Of a stretch of DNA of 64,000 bases, positions 19,240-29,176 are shown in pieces. Below the pieces are notes generated by a model. It did not search any database. It was not told the DNA's origin and saw nothing but the letters and a program-made list of their open reading frames with translations. The first letter of the stretch is position 1; the number at the start of each line of letters is the position of its first letter. The translations under genes were made by a program, and so were the position numbers. The stretch comes from an uncultured Acidobacteriota bacterium (GTDB lineage: Bacteria > Acidobacteriota > Thermoanaerobaculia > Multivoradales > UBA5704). The DNA is taken from positions 4,896,001 through 4,960,000 of the forward strand of contig CAVYRF010000002.1 in assembly GCA_963770895.1 (NCBI GenBank), in the 5' to 3' direction.

Positions 19240-19381
19240 CGTCGGTTCGAGAGGCGGCGCGGTCAGTGGCCGACCGGCAGGCAGCCGGTTGCTCGCCCCC
19301 TCCAGGGGGCTCCCACAAGGGGACGGTCTTGCTGTGCGACGAAACCCGACCGCCAAGCTCCCACTCCGAGTCAGAGCTTGC

Positions 19382-19675
19382 TCAGCCAGAGGCAAGCGAG
19401 GCGCACAATTGCCTAAGTCTACTAACTTCTTCCAGAAGCAGCGGTATGTCTTGCCTGGCATGAGCAATAAAATCCTGATCTCCGATGGTGGCGCCAGACA
19501 ATTCAATATCGTTGCCTCTACCAGAAGGGCCACCAGTCATTATGAAACTTGAGCCGGACGTGTGGTCCCGACCCTCAACGAACGATCTCCAAGGGCCGGG
19601 TGTTGCTCTCTGACACCTGGTCCGGATTGCGTCGAGATGGCCTTCGGTCAAGAACGCGCGCGTCGCAGAGTTCAT
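19382..19675 (-). CDS. Hypothetical 97-aa protein (ATPGPW..DFIAHARQDIP motif), probable orphan immunity
   Basis: GAAGGTGG RBS; lower GC; position within the array. Confidence 0.65.
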   Translation of the reverse strand: MNSATRAFLTEGHLDAIRTRCQRATPGPWRSFVEGRDHTSGSSFIMTGGPSGRGNDIELSGATIGDQDFIAHARQDIPLLLEEVSRLRQLCASLASG

Positions 19676-19743
19676 GGCACCACCTTCACTAATTCGGGTT
19701 CGCGCCTGTAGGCGTAAAGAGATTCTCGGCTTGGCCAGGAGTT

Positions 19744-19943
19744 ACTCGCCGCGGACGGTGTTGCGCACCCAATCGAAGACCTGCACGTAGTCGTAGCCCA
19801 AGGCTGTCGCCTGCGCCGTGATCTCCGGCGTCAGCGGCTCCTCCGTGGTGCCCCGGCACCGGCGACTGGCCGGGATGGACCCCGGCGACGATCACCGAGA
19901 TCTTGATCTTCGCCACCGCGCCCGGCGACATGGCGGCCGGCGA
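19744..19943 (-). pseudogene. Two fused, diverged scraps of the RHS gene N-terminus
   Basis: PGAVAKIKISVIVAGVHPGQSPVP joined to GTTEEPLTPEITAQATALGYDYVQVFDWVRNTVRGE. Confidence 0.8.
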
Positions 19944-19967
19944 TGGGGGCCAAGGAAAGGTCCTGTT

Positions 19968-20552
19968 TCATTGACTAGCTAAGTCTTGTGCACGCTCTAA
20001 CACGGCTTGTTCTATATCATCTTCTTTGAGCGTCGATGCTACGGCTGGCCACTTGCTAAATGGTGCGTCGATCAGCTCCAGGAGGCCTACGTAGAATGCC
20101 TTCCTGACCTCGGGCGCGCTCGGATCGTATTCTTGAAGACCTTTCAACAGTAATCTGGCTGCTTCCGGCTTAAGGTCGGCATATGTTGACCCCAGAAATC
20201 CTAGTGCTGTAGCCGCGACCGCACGGACATAAGCATTTTCCTTAAAGGCCTTGGAAGCAATGACCGGGAAATACTCGCGGAGTGCCCACATGCGCCCCAG
20301 GACCTGAACAGTGAGTCGCCGAATCAGCGCTGCGTCATCAGGGTCGTCGCTCCGATAGTCAAGATAGGTGCTTACGATGTCCTTGCTCGCAAGATCTTTG
20401 CTGCGACCGATTATATGTATCAGCGTGTATGGGTCGGTGCGAAACTCACCAGTGATGAGTTGATCCCGGATGTCGTCGAGTACAGAAGAAGGTAGCGGTG
20501 TCCCCTCCTTTGCCTGATCTAAGAGCGCTAAGTAATTGAGATCATTTGGCAT
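19968..20552 (-). CDS. HEAT-repeat-like immunity protein for the Ntox28 toxin
   Basis: 194 aa; 11-bp overlap with the toxin stop; YVRAVAATALGFLG HEAT-like segment. Confidence 0.82.
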   Translation of the reverse strand: MPNDLNYLALLDQAKEGTPLPSSVLDDIRDQLITGEFRTDPYTLIHIIGRSKDLASKDIVSTYLDYRSDDPDDAALIRRLTVQVLGRMWALREYFPVIASKAFKENAYVRAVAATALGFLGSTYADLKPEAARLLLKGLQEYDPSAPEVRKAFYVGLLELIDAPFSKWPAVASTLKEDDIEQAVLERAQDLASQ

Positions 20553-23500
20553 GTTGTGTGTATTGCCCTTTCAAGGCCTGTTTCGCCGCATCGAGGTTCT
20601 TGCTGGCTACGCTCAGCTCGTTGGTCAAGGCCTGGCGCTCCAACTCCGGCAGATTAGGATTGCCGAGTCTCGCGTTGATTTGAAGGATTCTTTTGTGCAG
20701 TGATTCTGCCGCTTCGGTGACCTCCTTGAGATGCTGACCGCCTTTCTGTTGTCCTGTTGCTGACTCATAAGACGCAGCTTCGAGATCTCGCCTGGAAGTG
20801 TGCTGTATAATTTTTGCCGTTTTCGTCTTCTCGATTGCGGACTCAACTGCTTCGGATGTAAGTGACCAGCCTTCCTCGATGAGAGCTTTGGCAGCTCGAC
20901 GCTCGACGATCTTCTTGATGCCTTCCTTTATCAGTACTACGAGTGCGCCTGCTCCGGCGCCCGCCTGCTCAACTTCCACTGCCTTCTCGGTGACCTTCGC
21001 GGCCTCTACGGCGACTTTTGTGCTTTTCTTTGTGAGCGCGGCGATGCCGGTGTCGTCATTTTGCTGAGGAGGCGCCTCGTCATCCTGGTCCTTGCGTTCG
21101 ACGTGTTTGTCAAAGATATCTGACCACTCTTGCACAGCGACCTGCAGGCCTTCTGTCCCCTCTTGAACGAGGTCGGTGACCTTTTCCCAGATGCTCTTTG
21201 CTTTCTTCGGCGGTTTCTTCTCTTGCGCCGGGGCCTGGGTGGGTTGCTGCTCCGACGACGGGTTGGTGGTGGTGAGTTGCCAGGGTTGCCCAGGCTGCTG
21301 CTGGACTTTGATCTCAGGCGCGCGCAACTCTGGCGGCAGGTCGTTGGCGTCCTCGGTCGTTTCACCCGTCGGGTCCCAATAGACCGTTGGATTGTCGTAT
21401 GCGTAGAGGTACCGCTGCAGGCTGGGCGGGTTGTCGGTTTTGCCGTCGGCGGGGTCTTCGGTCAGGAAGCGGCCGATGGTGGGGTCGTAGAAGCGGGCTT
21501 TGCAGTAGTAGAGGCCGGTTTCGGTGTCGAGCTCGTGGCCGGTGAAGGCGAAGGCGTTGAAGGTGGTGCCGGTGGTTGCGCGGTAGTTGCCCCAGGCGTC
21601 GTATTGGTAGGTGGCCCGGAGGCTGCCGGTGGTGGTGGTGAGGTCGGTGATCGAGCCTAAGGCGTCGAAGAGGTAGAAGGAGCGGCCTTCGGTCTGCTGG
21701 TTTTGGGAGAGGAGGCGGTCGGGGCCGTAGTCGTATTTGGCCAGGGTCTGGTTGTTGGCGTCGGTTTCCAGGAGGACGGATTTGTCGTCGAAGGTGTAGT
21801 GGATGTAGCCGAGGGCGCCTTGCTTGAGGACTCTCAGGCCCTTGTAGTCGTACTCGTAGGTGCCCAGGATCGAGGCGGCTTGCGAGACGGCGGTGAGCTG
21901 GTCGCGGACGTCGTAGTGGAAGGTGGTGGTGGTGCCGTTCTGGGTCTTTGCGAGCTGGTTGCCGTTGGCGTCGAAGGTGTAGGCGATGCTTTGCGCGCTG
22001 TTGAGGTTGTCGGTGAGGGTGGTGAGCTGGTGGCGCGCGTTGTAGGTCAGGGTGTGGTCGGTGAGGGGGGAGCTGTCGGCGTTGCTGGTGGCTTTTTCGG
22101 TGGTGCGGTCGCCGACCTTGTCGTAGGTGTAGGCGACCTGCTGATCGGGGTAGGTGACGCCGGTGAGGCGGTCGGCGGGGTCGGAGGTGTAGGTGGTGAT
22201 CTGGCCTGCGGCGGGGCCGTTGGCGCGGATTTCGAGCTGGCTTGTGCGGTTGCTGTCGGGGTCGTACTGGTATTGGAAGTGGCTGAGGACGGTCGCGGCG
22301 CCGAGGCGGTTTTCCTGGACCTGGATGCGGGCGGCGTCGTCGTAGGTGGTGTTTTCGTTGGTGCCGTTGGGGTAGGTGACGGTCTGGAGGCGGCTGTCGC
22401 GCAGGTAGGCGTAGTTAGTGATGCCGGCTCCGTTGACGTTGACGGCGGTGAGGCGGTTGAGGGCGTCGTAGGTGTAGCGGGTGACCAGGTTGTCGGGGTC
22501 CTGGAGGGTGGTGCGGTTGCCGTTGGGGTCGTAGGTGTAGGCGAGGGTGAGGTTGTAGCGATCGGTGACGGTGAGGAGGCGATCGAACAGATCGTAGGTG
22601 CGGGCGGTCTGGCGGGTGTTGGGGGCGCCGGACCAGGTCTCCTGGATCGCCGTGGGGTTGTTGTTGGGATCGTAGGTGAGGGCGATGGACTGGAGGTCGT
22701 CGGTCGTGGGCGGCGCCGGGGGCGGATAGGTGGCCAGGGCCTGGCGGTCGATGGCGTCGTAGGCGTAGGCGATGGTCTGGCCGTCGGCGTCGGTGAGGCC
22801 GGTGCGGTTGCCGTTGGGGTCGTAGGCGTAGGACTCGACGGCGTTGTCAGGGTAGGTCTTCTGGGTGACTCGATTGAGGGTGTCGTATTGCCAGGCGGTG
22901 GTCTTGGATTCGCCGTCGGTGGTGGTGAGGCGATTGCTGTCCAGGTCGTAGGTGTAGCTGGTGCGATCGCCCACGGGGTCCTGGACGGCGGTGAGGCGGT
23001 TGGCCGCGTCGTAGGCGTAGGTCCAGGGTTGGCCGGGGAAGGCGGGGCGCTGTCTCTGGATGCGGTTGCCGTCGCCGTCGTAGGCGTAGGTGGTGGTGTC
23101 GCCGGCGTTGTCGGTTTCGGTGAGGAGGTGGCGCCGCAGGTCGTGGGTGTAGGTGGTGACGCGGCCTTCGGGGTCGGTGGCGGTGGCGCGGTCGCCCATG
23201 GTGTCCAGGGTGAAGGTGGTGATGGCGGCCAGCGGGCGCTCTTCGGCGGTCTGCAGGTTCCTTTCGTCGTATTCGTAGCCGGTGGTGTTGCTGTTGGCGT
23301 CGGTGACGAAGCGGCGGTTGCCGGCGGGGTCGTATTGGATGGTTTGGAGCAGCACTCCGGCCTTGGTGGTCTGGGTGAGGCGCCCTTCGGGGTCGTAGGT
23401 GTGGGAGCTGAGGGTGCCGCGGCGGTCGATCTCGGTGAGCTTGCTGCCCAGGCCGTCGTAGGTGAAGGTCTGGGTGTAGGCCAGCGGCTGCGGGGCGGTG

Positions 23501-26500
23501 GTCAGGATCAGCCGGTTGAGGGCGTCGTAGGCGAAGGCAGTGGTCTGGCCCTTGCGATCGGTCTGCGCCAGGCGGTTGCCGACGGCGTCGTAGGTGACGG
23601 TGGTGGTGTAGGCGAAGGGCTGCGGGTCGGTGGTCTGCACCAGGCGGTCGAGGCGGTCGAACTGATAGGTGGTGATCGATCCGCGCGGATCGGTTTCGGC
23701 GACCTGGTTGCCGGCCACGTCCCAGGCCTTGGTGATCGTGCGGCTGGCGGGCAGATCCTGCTCGACGAGGCGGTGGAGCGCGTCGTAGTGGTCAGTGGTG
23801 AGGTTGCCGTTGGCGTCGGTCTGGGTGGTGGGGTCGCCGTTGGCGTCGTAGGTGGCGGCGCTGACGGCTCCGATCGTGTCGGTCGTCGCGATCAGGCGGT
23901 TGAGCGGGTCGTAGGCGTGGGTGACGGCGTCGCCATTGGGGAGCTGCTCGGAGATGCGGTTGTTGACCAGGTCGTAGCCGTAGGTGGTGACCAGGCTGCG
24001 GTTGGGCTGCGTGACCCGGTTGAGCAGCACGGTCGTCTGGGTGAGGCGGTTGCGCGGGTCGTAGGCGAAGTTGGTGGTGTTGAGGAGCGGATCGATCTTG
24101 CGCGTGGTGTTGCCGTCGGCGTCGTATTCGAAGGTGGTGGTGTCGCCGAGCGAATCGGTGCGCTGGACGGCGCGGTTGAGGGGGTCGAAGACGGCGGTGT
24201 GGACGCGGTCCTGCGGCTGGTTGCGCTGGCGCTCGCTGACCAGGTTGCCGTTGCCGTCCCAGGTGTCGACGGTCTCGGTGGGGGAGCCCGTCTGCCAGGG
24301 CGGCAGATCCTTCTGGAGCATGCGGTTGAGCTCGTCGTAGGTGATGGTGGTGAGGCGCCCCAGCGGGTCCTGCTGCTGCGTAACGTTGCCGTTGCCGTCC
24401 AAGGTGAAGAGGGTCGACACGAGGCCCGAGTCGCTGGTGCGGTCGGTGCGGATGCGGCGGTTCAGGCCGTCGTAGGTGTGGTGGGTGATGCGCGTGCTGA
24501 AGCCCGGCTGCGAGGAGTCGCTCAAGGTTTCGCTGGCGACGTTGCCGACCCCGTCGTAGGTGTAGGTGGTGGTCTTGCCGAGCGGTTCGTCGCGCTCTGC
24601 CAGCCGCTCGGCGTCGTCGTATTGGAAGGTGGTGTCGTGGCGCGGCGACGCGCTGTCGAACCAGTCGGTTTCGAGCGTCTTGTTGCTGGCCAGGTCGTAC
24701 TGGTAGAGCTTGGTGCCGGCGGCGGCGTTGTCGATCTGCACCGGCCTCCCCTGCAGGTCGGAGGTGGTCGTCGTCACCCGCCCCAGGGCGTCGGTCCTGG
24801 TGACGACGTCGCCGACGTCGTCGTAGGCGGTGGTTTCGACGGCCGGAGCGCTGCCGACCAGGGGGTAGGTCTTGCTGGTGACGCGGTTGAGCGTGTCGTA
24901 GGTGAAGCTGGTGACGTTGCCGTTGGGGTCGGTCTGGGTGAGCGGCAGGCTGCGCACGCTCCAGGCCGTGGCGGTGACGCCGCCCAGCGGGTTCTTGCTG
25001 GAGGCGAGGTTGCCGTAGGCGTCGTAGGTAAAGGCCGTGGTGTTGCCGCGCGCGTCGGTGGTCGAGGCGCGGTCGCCGCTCGGCAGATAGGTGTTGCCGA
25101 TGGTCAGGATCTGCTGGTTGCCCGAATCGTCGTGGACGGTGACCTGCTGCTGCGTCAGGTTGCCGGCTCCGTCGTAGGTGTACGACGTGGTGACGCCGTT
25201 GCGGTCGGTGCGGGTGGCGACGCGCTGCTTGATGTAGGGCGGCGTGAAGTTGGCCGGCGGCTCGTAGGTGGTCTGGATCGAATAGCTGTGGGTCTGCCCC
25301 TGGACGTCGGTGACGGCGACCGCTTCCGACAGCTGGTTGCCGTAGGCGTCGTAGGTGTAGCTGGTGGTGACGCCGTTGGCGTCGGTGCGGCTGGTCATCA
25401 GCACGTCGTCGACCGCCCAGGTCATCTGGGTGGTGTCCTGCAGCGGATCGACGATCTGCAGCGCGCTGCCGTACTGGTTGAGGGTGTAGGTGGTGAGCTT
25501 GCCGCGCGGGTCGCTGACGCCGACCCCCAGGCCTTGCGAGGCGCGGCTGACCAGGTCCGGCAGGTCGTAGCTGAACTGCGTGACGCCGCCCATCGGCTCG
25601 GTGAGCTGGGTGACGTTCCAGCTGGGCACCTGGACGTTGCCCTGCAGGCCGATCGCCGCCGCCCCGTACTGGTAGGTCGTGGTCGCGGTGTCGAGCTGGT
25701 TTTCGGCCGCGATCAGCTTGTGGCGCAGCGCCAGCCCGTACGATGGCGGCACGGCGTAGGTGTAGGTCTCGATGCGGCTGCCGCCCTCGCGGCTGGCCTC
25801 GGTGAGGTTGCCGTAGCCGTCGTACTGGAAGCTCATCGCCATGCCGTCGGGGCCGGCGATCTGACTGATCAGCGACCGCTGCTCGCCGGTCGGCTGCAGG
25901 GCTGTCTTCTGGTAGGTGAAGGCGAGGGCGCGGCCGGCGTCGTCGGCGACGGTGAGCAGCAGCGGCGGCTGGGTGGGGTCGCTGGTGTCGTAGGTGAGCC
26001 GCGTGGTGAGGCCGTTGGGATCGGCGACGTAGGAGAGCGGGAACTCGGAGGGGGCGCCCGAGGTGCCGGGGATGAAGTGATAGCGCAGCCCGGACTTGCT
26101 GTAGAAGTCGAAGCTGCCGTCGGCGCTGTTGGCGACCAGGCTGCCGTGGTAGCCGCGCAGCGGCGTGTAGTTGCCGTGGCCGTCGCCGACGAAGCGCATG
26201 CCGGAGCCTTCGCCGCCGATGACGATGACGTCGCCGCAGGGGGTGACGACGATCTTCGCGTCGTAGCTGTGGCTCCAGCCGACGCCGAGCGGGCCGGGCT
26301 CGTCGCCGGCGTTGCTCGAATAGTTGCGCGACAGGTCGAGCGCGGGCCCATGGCCGGGCAGGGACATGTCGTCGCGCGCCAGCGACAGGTGGCCGTCGAA
26401 GAGGTCGACGCCCTTGACGATGACGTGCCCGACCGGCAGGGTGTCACGGGAGCGGAACTCCGACACGATCGTGCCGGTCACGTCCTCGGTGGTGCCGTCG

Positions 26501-26688
26501 GCGTCGGCGACGCCGTGCAGGGTGTACTGGTAGGTGCCCGGCGCGAGCGAGTAGGCGGCCGGCGGCGTGCCTGCCGGCGACAGGATGACGCTCTGTTGGC
26601 CGGCGGCGTACTCCTGGCTCTGGAACAGGGTCTGGCTGGGGCCGTCGTTGGCGGAGCCGTCGGTGTTGAGGCTGGAGATGGGCGCCAC
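20542..26688 (-). CDS. Large orphan RHS protein (DUF6531 plus complete cage and core) with an Ntox28 toxin
   Basis: 2048 aa; ~21380..26705 duplicates the main gene up to 40803; core YAYDNPTVYWDPTGE; tip HTSRRDLEAA..QHLKEV..LHKRILQINARLGNPNL..ALTNELSVASKNLD; no signal peptide. Confidence 0.9.
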   Translation of the reverse strand: MAPISSLNTDGSANDGPSQTLFQSQEYAAGQQSVILSPAGTPPAAYSLAPGTYQYTLHGVADADGTTEDVTGTIVSEFRSRDTLPVGHVIVKGVDLFDGHLSLARDDMSLPGHGPALDLSRNYSSNAGDEPGPLGVGWSHSYDAKIVVTPCGDVIVIGGEGSGMRFVGDGHGNYTPLRGYHGSLVANSADGSFDFYSKSGLRYHFIPGTSGAPSEFPLSYVADPNGLTTRLTYDTSDPTQPPLLLTVADDAGRALAFTYQKTALQPTGEQRSLISQIAGPDGMAMSFQYDGYGNLTEASREGGSRIETYTYAVPPSYGLALRHKLIAAENQLDTATTTYQYGAAAIGLQGNVQVPSWNVTQLTEPMGGVTQFSYDLPDLVSRASQGLGVGVSDPRGKLTTYTLNQYGSALQIVDPLQDTTQMTWAVDDVLMTSRTDANGVTTSYTYDAYGNQLSEAVAVTDVQGQTHSYSIQTTYEPPANFTPPYIKQRVATRTDRNGVTTSYTYDGAGNLTQQQVTVHDDSGNQQILTIGNTYLPSGDRASTTDARGNTTAFTYDAYGNLASSKNPLGGVTATAWSVRSLPLTQTDPNGNVTSFTYDTLNRVTSKTYPLVGSAPAVETTAYDDVGDVVTRTDALGRVTTTTSDLQGRPVQIDNAAAGTKLYQYDLASNKTLETDWFDSASPRHDTTFQYDDAERLAERDEPLGKTTTYTYDGVGNVASETLSDSSQPGFSTRITHHTYDGLNRRIRTDRTSDSGLVSTLFTLDGNGNVTQQQDPLGRLTTITYDELNRMLQKDLPPWQTGSPTETVDTWDGNGNLVSERQRNQPQDRVHTAVFDPLNRAVQRTDSLGDTTTFEYDADGNTTRKIDPLLNTTNFAYDPRNRLTQTTVLLNRVTQPNRSLVTTYGYDLVNNRISEQLPNGDAVTHAYDPLNRLIATTDTIGAVSAATYDANGDPTTQTDANGNLTTDHYDALHRLVEQDLPASRTITKAWDVAGNQVAETDPRGSITTYQFDRLDRLVQTTDPQPFAYTTTVTYDAVGNRLAQTDRKGQTTAFAYDALNRLILTTAPQPLAYTQTFTYDGLGSKLTEIDRRGTLSSHTYDPEGRLTQTTKAGVLLQTIQYDPAGNRRFVTDANSNTTGYEYDERNLQTAEERPLAAITTFTLDTMGDRATATDPEGRVTTYTHDLRRHLLTETDNAGDTTTYAYDGDGNRIQRQRPAFPGQPWTYAYDAANRLTAVQDPVGDRTSYTYDLDSNRLTTTDGESKTTAWQYDTLNRVTQKTYPDNAVESYAYDPNGNRTGLTDADGQTIAYAYDAIDRQALATYPPPAPPTTDDLQSIALTYDPNNNPTAIQETWSGAPNTRQTARTYDLFDRLLTVTDRYNLTLAYTYDPNGNRTTLQDPDNLVTRYTYDALNRLTAVNVNGAGITNYAYLRDSRLQTVTYPNGTNENTTYDDAARIQVQENRLGAATVLSHFQYQYDPDSNRTSQLEIRANGPAAGQITTYTSDPADRLTGVTYPDQQVAYTYDKVGDRTTEKATSNADSSPLTDHTLTYNARHQLTTLTDNLNSAQSIAYTFDANGNQLAKTQNGTTTTFHYDVRDQLTAVSQAASILGTYEYDYKGLRVLKQGALGYIHYTFDDKSVLLETDANNQTLAKYDYGPDRLLSQNQQTEGRSFYLFDALGSITDLTTTTGSLRATYQYDAWGNYRATTGTTFNAFAFTGHELDTETGLYYCKARFYDPTIGRFLTEDPADGKTDNPPSLQRYLYAYDNPTVYWDPTGETTEDANDLPPELRAPEIKVQQQPGQPWQLTTTNPSSEQQPTQAPAQEKKPPKKAKSIWEKVTDLVQEGTEGLQVAVQEWSDIFDKHVERKDQDDEAPPQQNDDTGIAALTKKSTKVAVEAAKVTEKAVEVEQAGAGAGALVVLIKEGIKKIVERRAAKALIEEGWSLTSEAVESAIEKTKTAKIIQHTSRRDLEAASYESATGQQKGGQHLKEVTEAAESLHKRILQINARLGNPNLPELERQALTNELSVASKNLDAAKQALKGQYTQHAK

Positions 26689-26882
26689 GGTGAGGGTGAC
26701 CTGGGTTGGCGATTTCTCAGATTTCCGATTTTGGACAGGGGTGGCCCAAACTCTATGCCGGTCGGTCAGAAAACCGGACAGGTTTTGGTCCGCACCCCAG
26801 ACGAAAGGTCTTTCTTTGTTTACAGACGCTTACGGTGCGCTATGTCAGGAGGTCTGGAGTCTGGCGACTGCGCGACTTACCA

Positions 26883-27155
26883 TCAAGCTTCTTCGACCCA
26901 GTCCTCTTTCTTAACATTAAACTCCCATTCTGCCTGGCCCATGGCGTCTTCCACGGAGTCGTGATAGGTGTCAGTCATCTCCTCGCCGTCTTTGTCAAGA
27001 TAGAGGAGGTAATAGCCTTGGGAGTCTGGAATCTTGACGATTAGCAGCCGGGAAGGAAGTGGCAGAAGCTGGCCATCACGAAAGTGCCGAGTGTTACCTG
27101 TAGCTATAACTGATGGCCCAAGCGTCAATGAGTGCAGTATTATGTAATAGCTCAT
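26883..27155 (-). CDS. Cognate immunity protein (90 aa) of the main RHS toxin
   Basis: Removing the IS stack places this ATG ~27 bp after the toxin stop; DTYHDSVEDAMGQAEWEF motif. Confidence 0.8.
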   Translation of the reverse strand: MSYYIILHSLTLGPSVIATGNTRHFRDGQLLPLPSRLLIVKIPDSQGYYLLYLDKDGEEMTDTYHDSVEDAMGQAEWEFNVKKEDWVEEA

Positions 27156-27207
27156 AGTCGTGTGTGGGTCCGATTTCAAGGACTAAGGCGTCGTCAATAA
27201 ACAACAT

Positions 27208-27537
27208 TTACACATGAGGCCGAATAATGTAGTTCCATTCGCCATGGAAGGATTGGGGCAGCAGGTTCACGGTGGCGATCTCCTTGTCAGAGACCTTGCG
27301 CCCGACGGGATAGGCTCGTCGGTCCAGTCGGCATGTCACCCTAAGCCCCTGAGCGGTGGTGGTCTTGGCGATCAGACGCACGATAGTCTCGTAGTCGCGA
27401 AGCGGTTCTCCTCGCCAGTTGGATGAGATGAAAGAAAACAGGCGGTGCTCTACCTTGTTCCACTTGCTCGTCCCGGGAGGAAAGTGACAAACCATGATGG
27501 AGAGCCCTGAGTCGTCGGCCAGCTCCTGAAGCTCCAT
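27208..27537 (-). pseudogene. ISAzo13 transposase, C-terminal part
   Basis: VCHFPPGTSKWNKVEHRLFSFISSNWRG..FHGEWNYII. Confidence 0.92.
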
Positions 27538-27650
27538 TGTATCTGTTTACCGGGCCAGGGCTGGTAGCCGGGGTGTCGCAGTGGCCCGTCGAGGTAGCGT
27601 GAATCGAGCACTTGTGTCGCCTCTCGGATTTTGGTCTAATCCACATAGCG

Positions 27651-28964
27651 ATGCTAAGTTACGAGGAGTTGGTTAAAGTCAACTCTGAGCTTTTGGGCCG
27701 CGTCGGCGAGTTGCAGCGCCTCGTCGAGCAGCAGCAGCGCCAGATCGAGCGCCAGCAGCGCCGGATTGATGAGCTCGAGAAGCTGATCGAGGACTTGCGA
27801 CGGCGGGGCAAACGGCAGGCGGCTCCATTCTCCAAGGGAGCGCCCAAGGACCAACCCAAGCCGCCAGGTCGTAAGCCGGGAGCCGAATACGGCAAGCAAG
27901 CGGTGCGCAACGTCCCGCAGACCATCGACGAGCGGCTCACCGTGGACTGTCCACTGTGGTGCCCCGATTGCCATGGTCGGGTGCGGCTTGCGGGCGAGAA
28001 GAGCCAGTACCAGATCGACTTGCCGGTGATCCGCCCGCGGACAACCGAGTTCATCGTCCATTACGGGCAGTGCGAGTCCTGCGGCAAGCAGGTGCAAGGT
28101 CGGCATGCACGGCAGATCTCGGACGCGCTCGATGTGGGTCGCGTGCAGCTGGGTCCGGAAGTGATCTCGCTCGCCGCCTGGCTCAACAAGGTGGGCGGCC
28201 TGTCCTACGGCAAGATCGAAGCGGTGCTGCGGGATGCGGCGCATCTCGACGTGGCGCGTTCGAGCTTGTGTCGGGCCGTGGGCCGGCTCGCCAAGACGGC
28301 GGAGCCGGCCTACCAGGACTTGATCGACCGGGTGCGCGCGGCACCGGTGGTCTACCCTGACGAAACCGGTTGGCGGGTGGCAGGACATGGCGGGTGGCTG
28401 TGGGTGTTCACGACGCCGCAAGAAACGGTCTATTCGATTGCGCGCGGTCGCGGCTACACCGAGGCGGCCATGATCTTGACCGAGCAGTACGCTGGCGTCA
28501 TCGGCGCCGACGGTTGGGCGGCGTACGGCTGTTTCGAGCACGCGGATCATCAGACGTGCGTGGCGCACCTGCTGCGGCGCTGCGGGGAGATGTTGGAGAC
28601 GGCGACACGCGGCGCGGTGCGGTTCCCGCGCGCCGTCAAGGGGTTGTTGCAGGCCGCCTTGGCCCTGCGCGATCGGCGCGACGCCGAGGAGTTGAGCCTG
28701 CACGGGCTGCGGGTGGCCCAGGGGCGCTTGGGAGCACGGCTCGACCGGTTGCTGGCTGGCGCTTTCACCAACGAGGCGAATCAGCGGTTGGCCAAGCACC
28801 TGGTAAACCATCGCGACGCCCTGTTCCTGTTCTTGCAGCGGCCGGATGTCGAAGCGACCAACTGGCCGGCGGAGCAGGCGATTCGTCCTGCGGTGGTCAA
28901 CCGCAAGTCGTGCGGTGGCAACCGCAGCTGGCACGGGGCTCACTCCCAGGCGGTCCTGATGAGC
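27651..28964 (+). pseudogene. IS66 transposase (TnpC) interrupted by IS21; last 35 aa lie at 33273..33380
   Basis: Coiled coil, CPDC/CESC zinc finger, YPDETGW, GADGWAAY, QTCVAHLLR, TNWPAEQAIR; resumes VLRTCHQQ after the IS21. Confidence 0.9.
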
Positions 28965-29176
28965 TGCCTGCACCGGAGGAAAGTGGACACCGATTCCGAT
29001 CCAAAGTGGACACCCGTTCCGATTGAAAGTGGACAGGGATTCCGACTGAATCTGGACACTGTCCAGGCTGCATCGGAATCGGTGTCCAGATTGGATCGGA
29101 ATCGGTGCGGGTTTTAGGGGTGACGCTGGGGTGATCCTCGCTAACAGGGTATGACCTCTCCGGAAGGGGAAGGTGA

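Noticed and set aside
19240-19533. N-terminal extension of the 1660-aa ORF
   Set aside because: Overlaps the 97-aa gene and lies outside the region homologous to the main gene; ATG 19239 is the equivalent start.
26706-26882. Promoter or operator for the 2048-aa orphan (AAAACC..GGTTTT dyad)
   Set aside because: No convincing sigma70 or sigma54 spacing and no clear RBS before GTG 26688.
9488-26964. Plus-strand ORFs 9488..12775, 15100..18882 and 21703..26964
   Set aside because: Antisense shadows of the RHS copies.
28975-29105. Repeated AAAGTGGACA boxes as a CRISPR array or iterons
   Set aside because: They are IS21 terminal transposase-binding repeats, mirrored at the other end; no unique spacers or cas genes.
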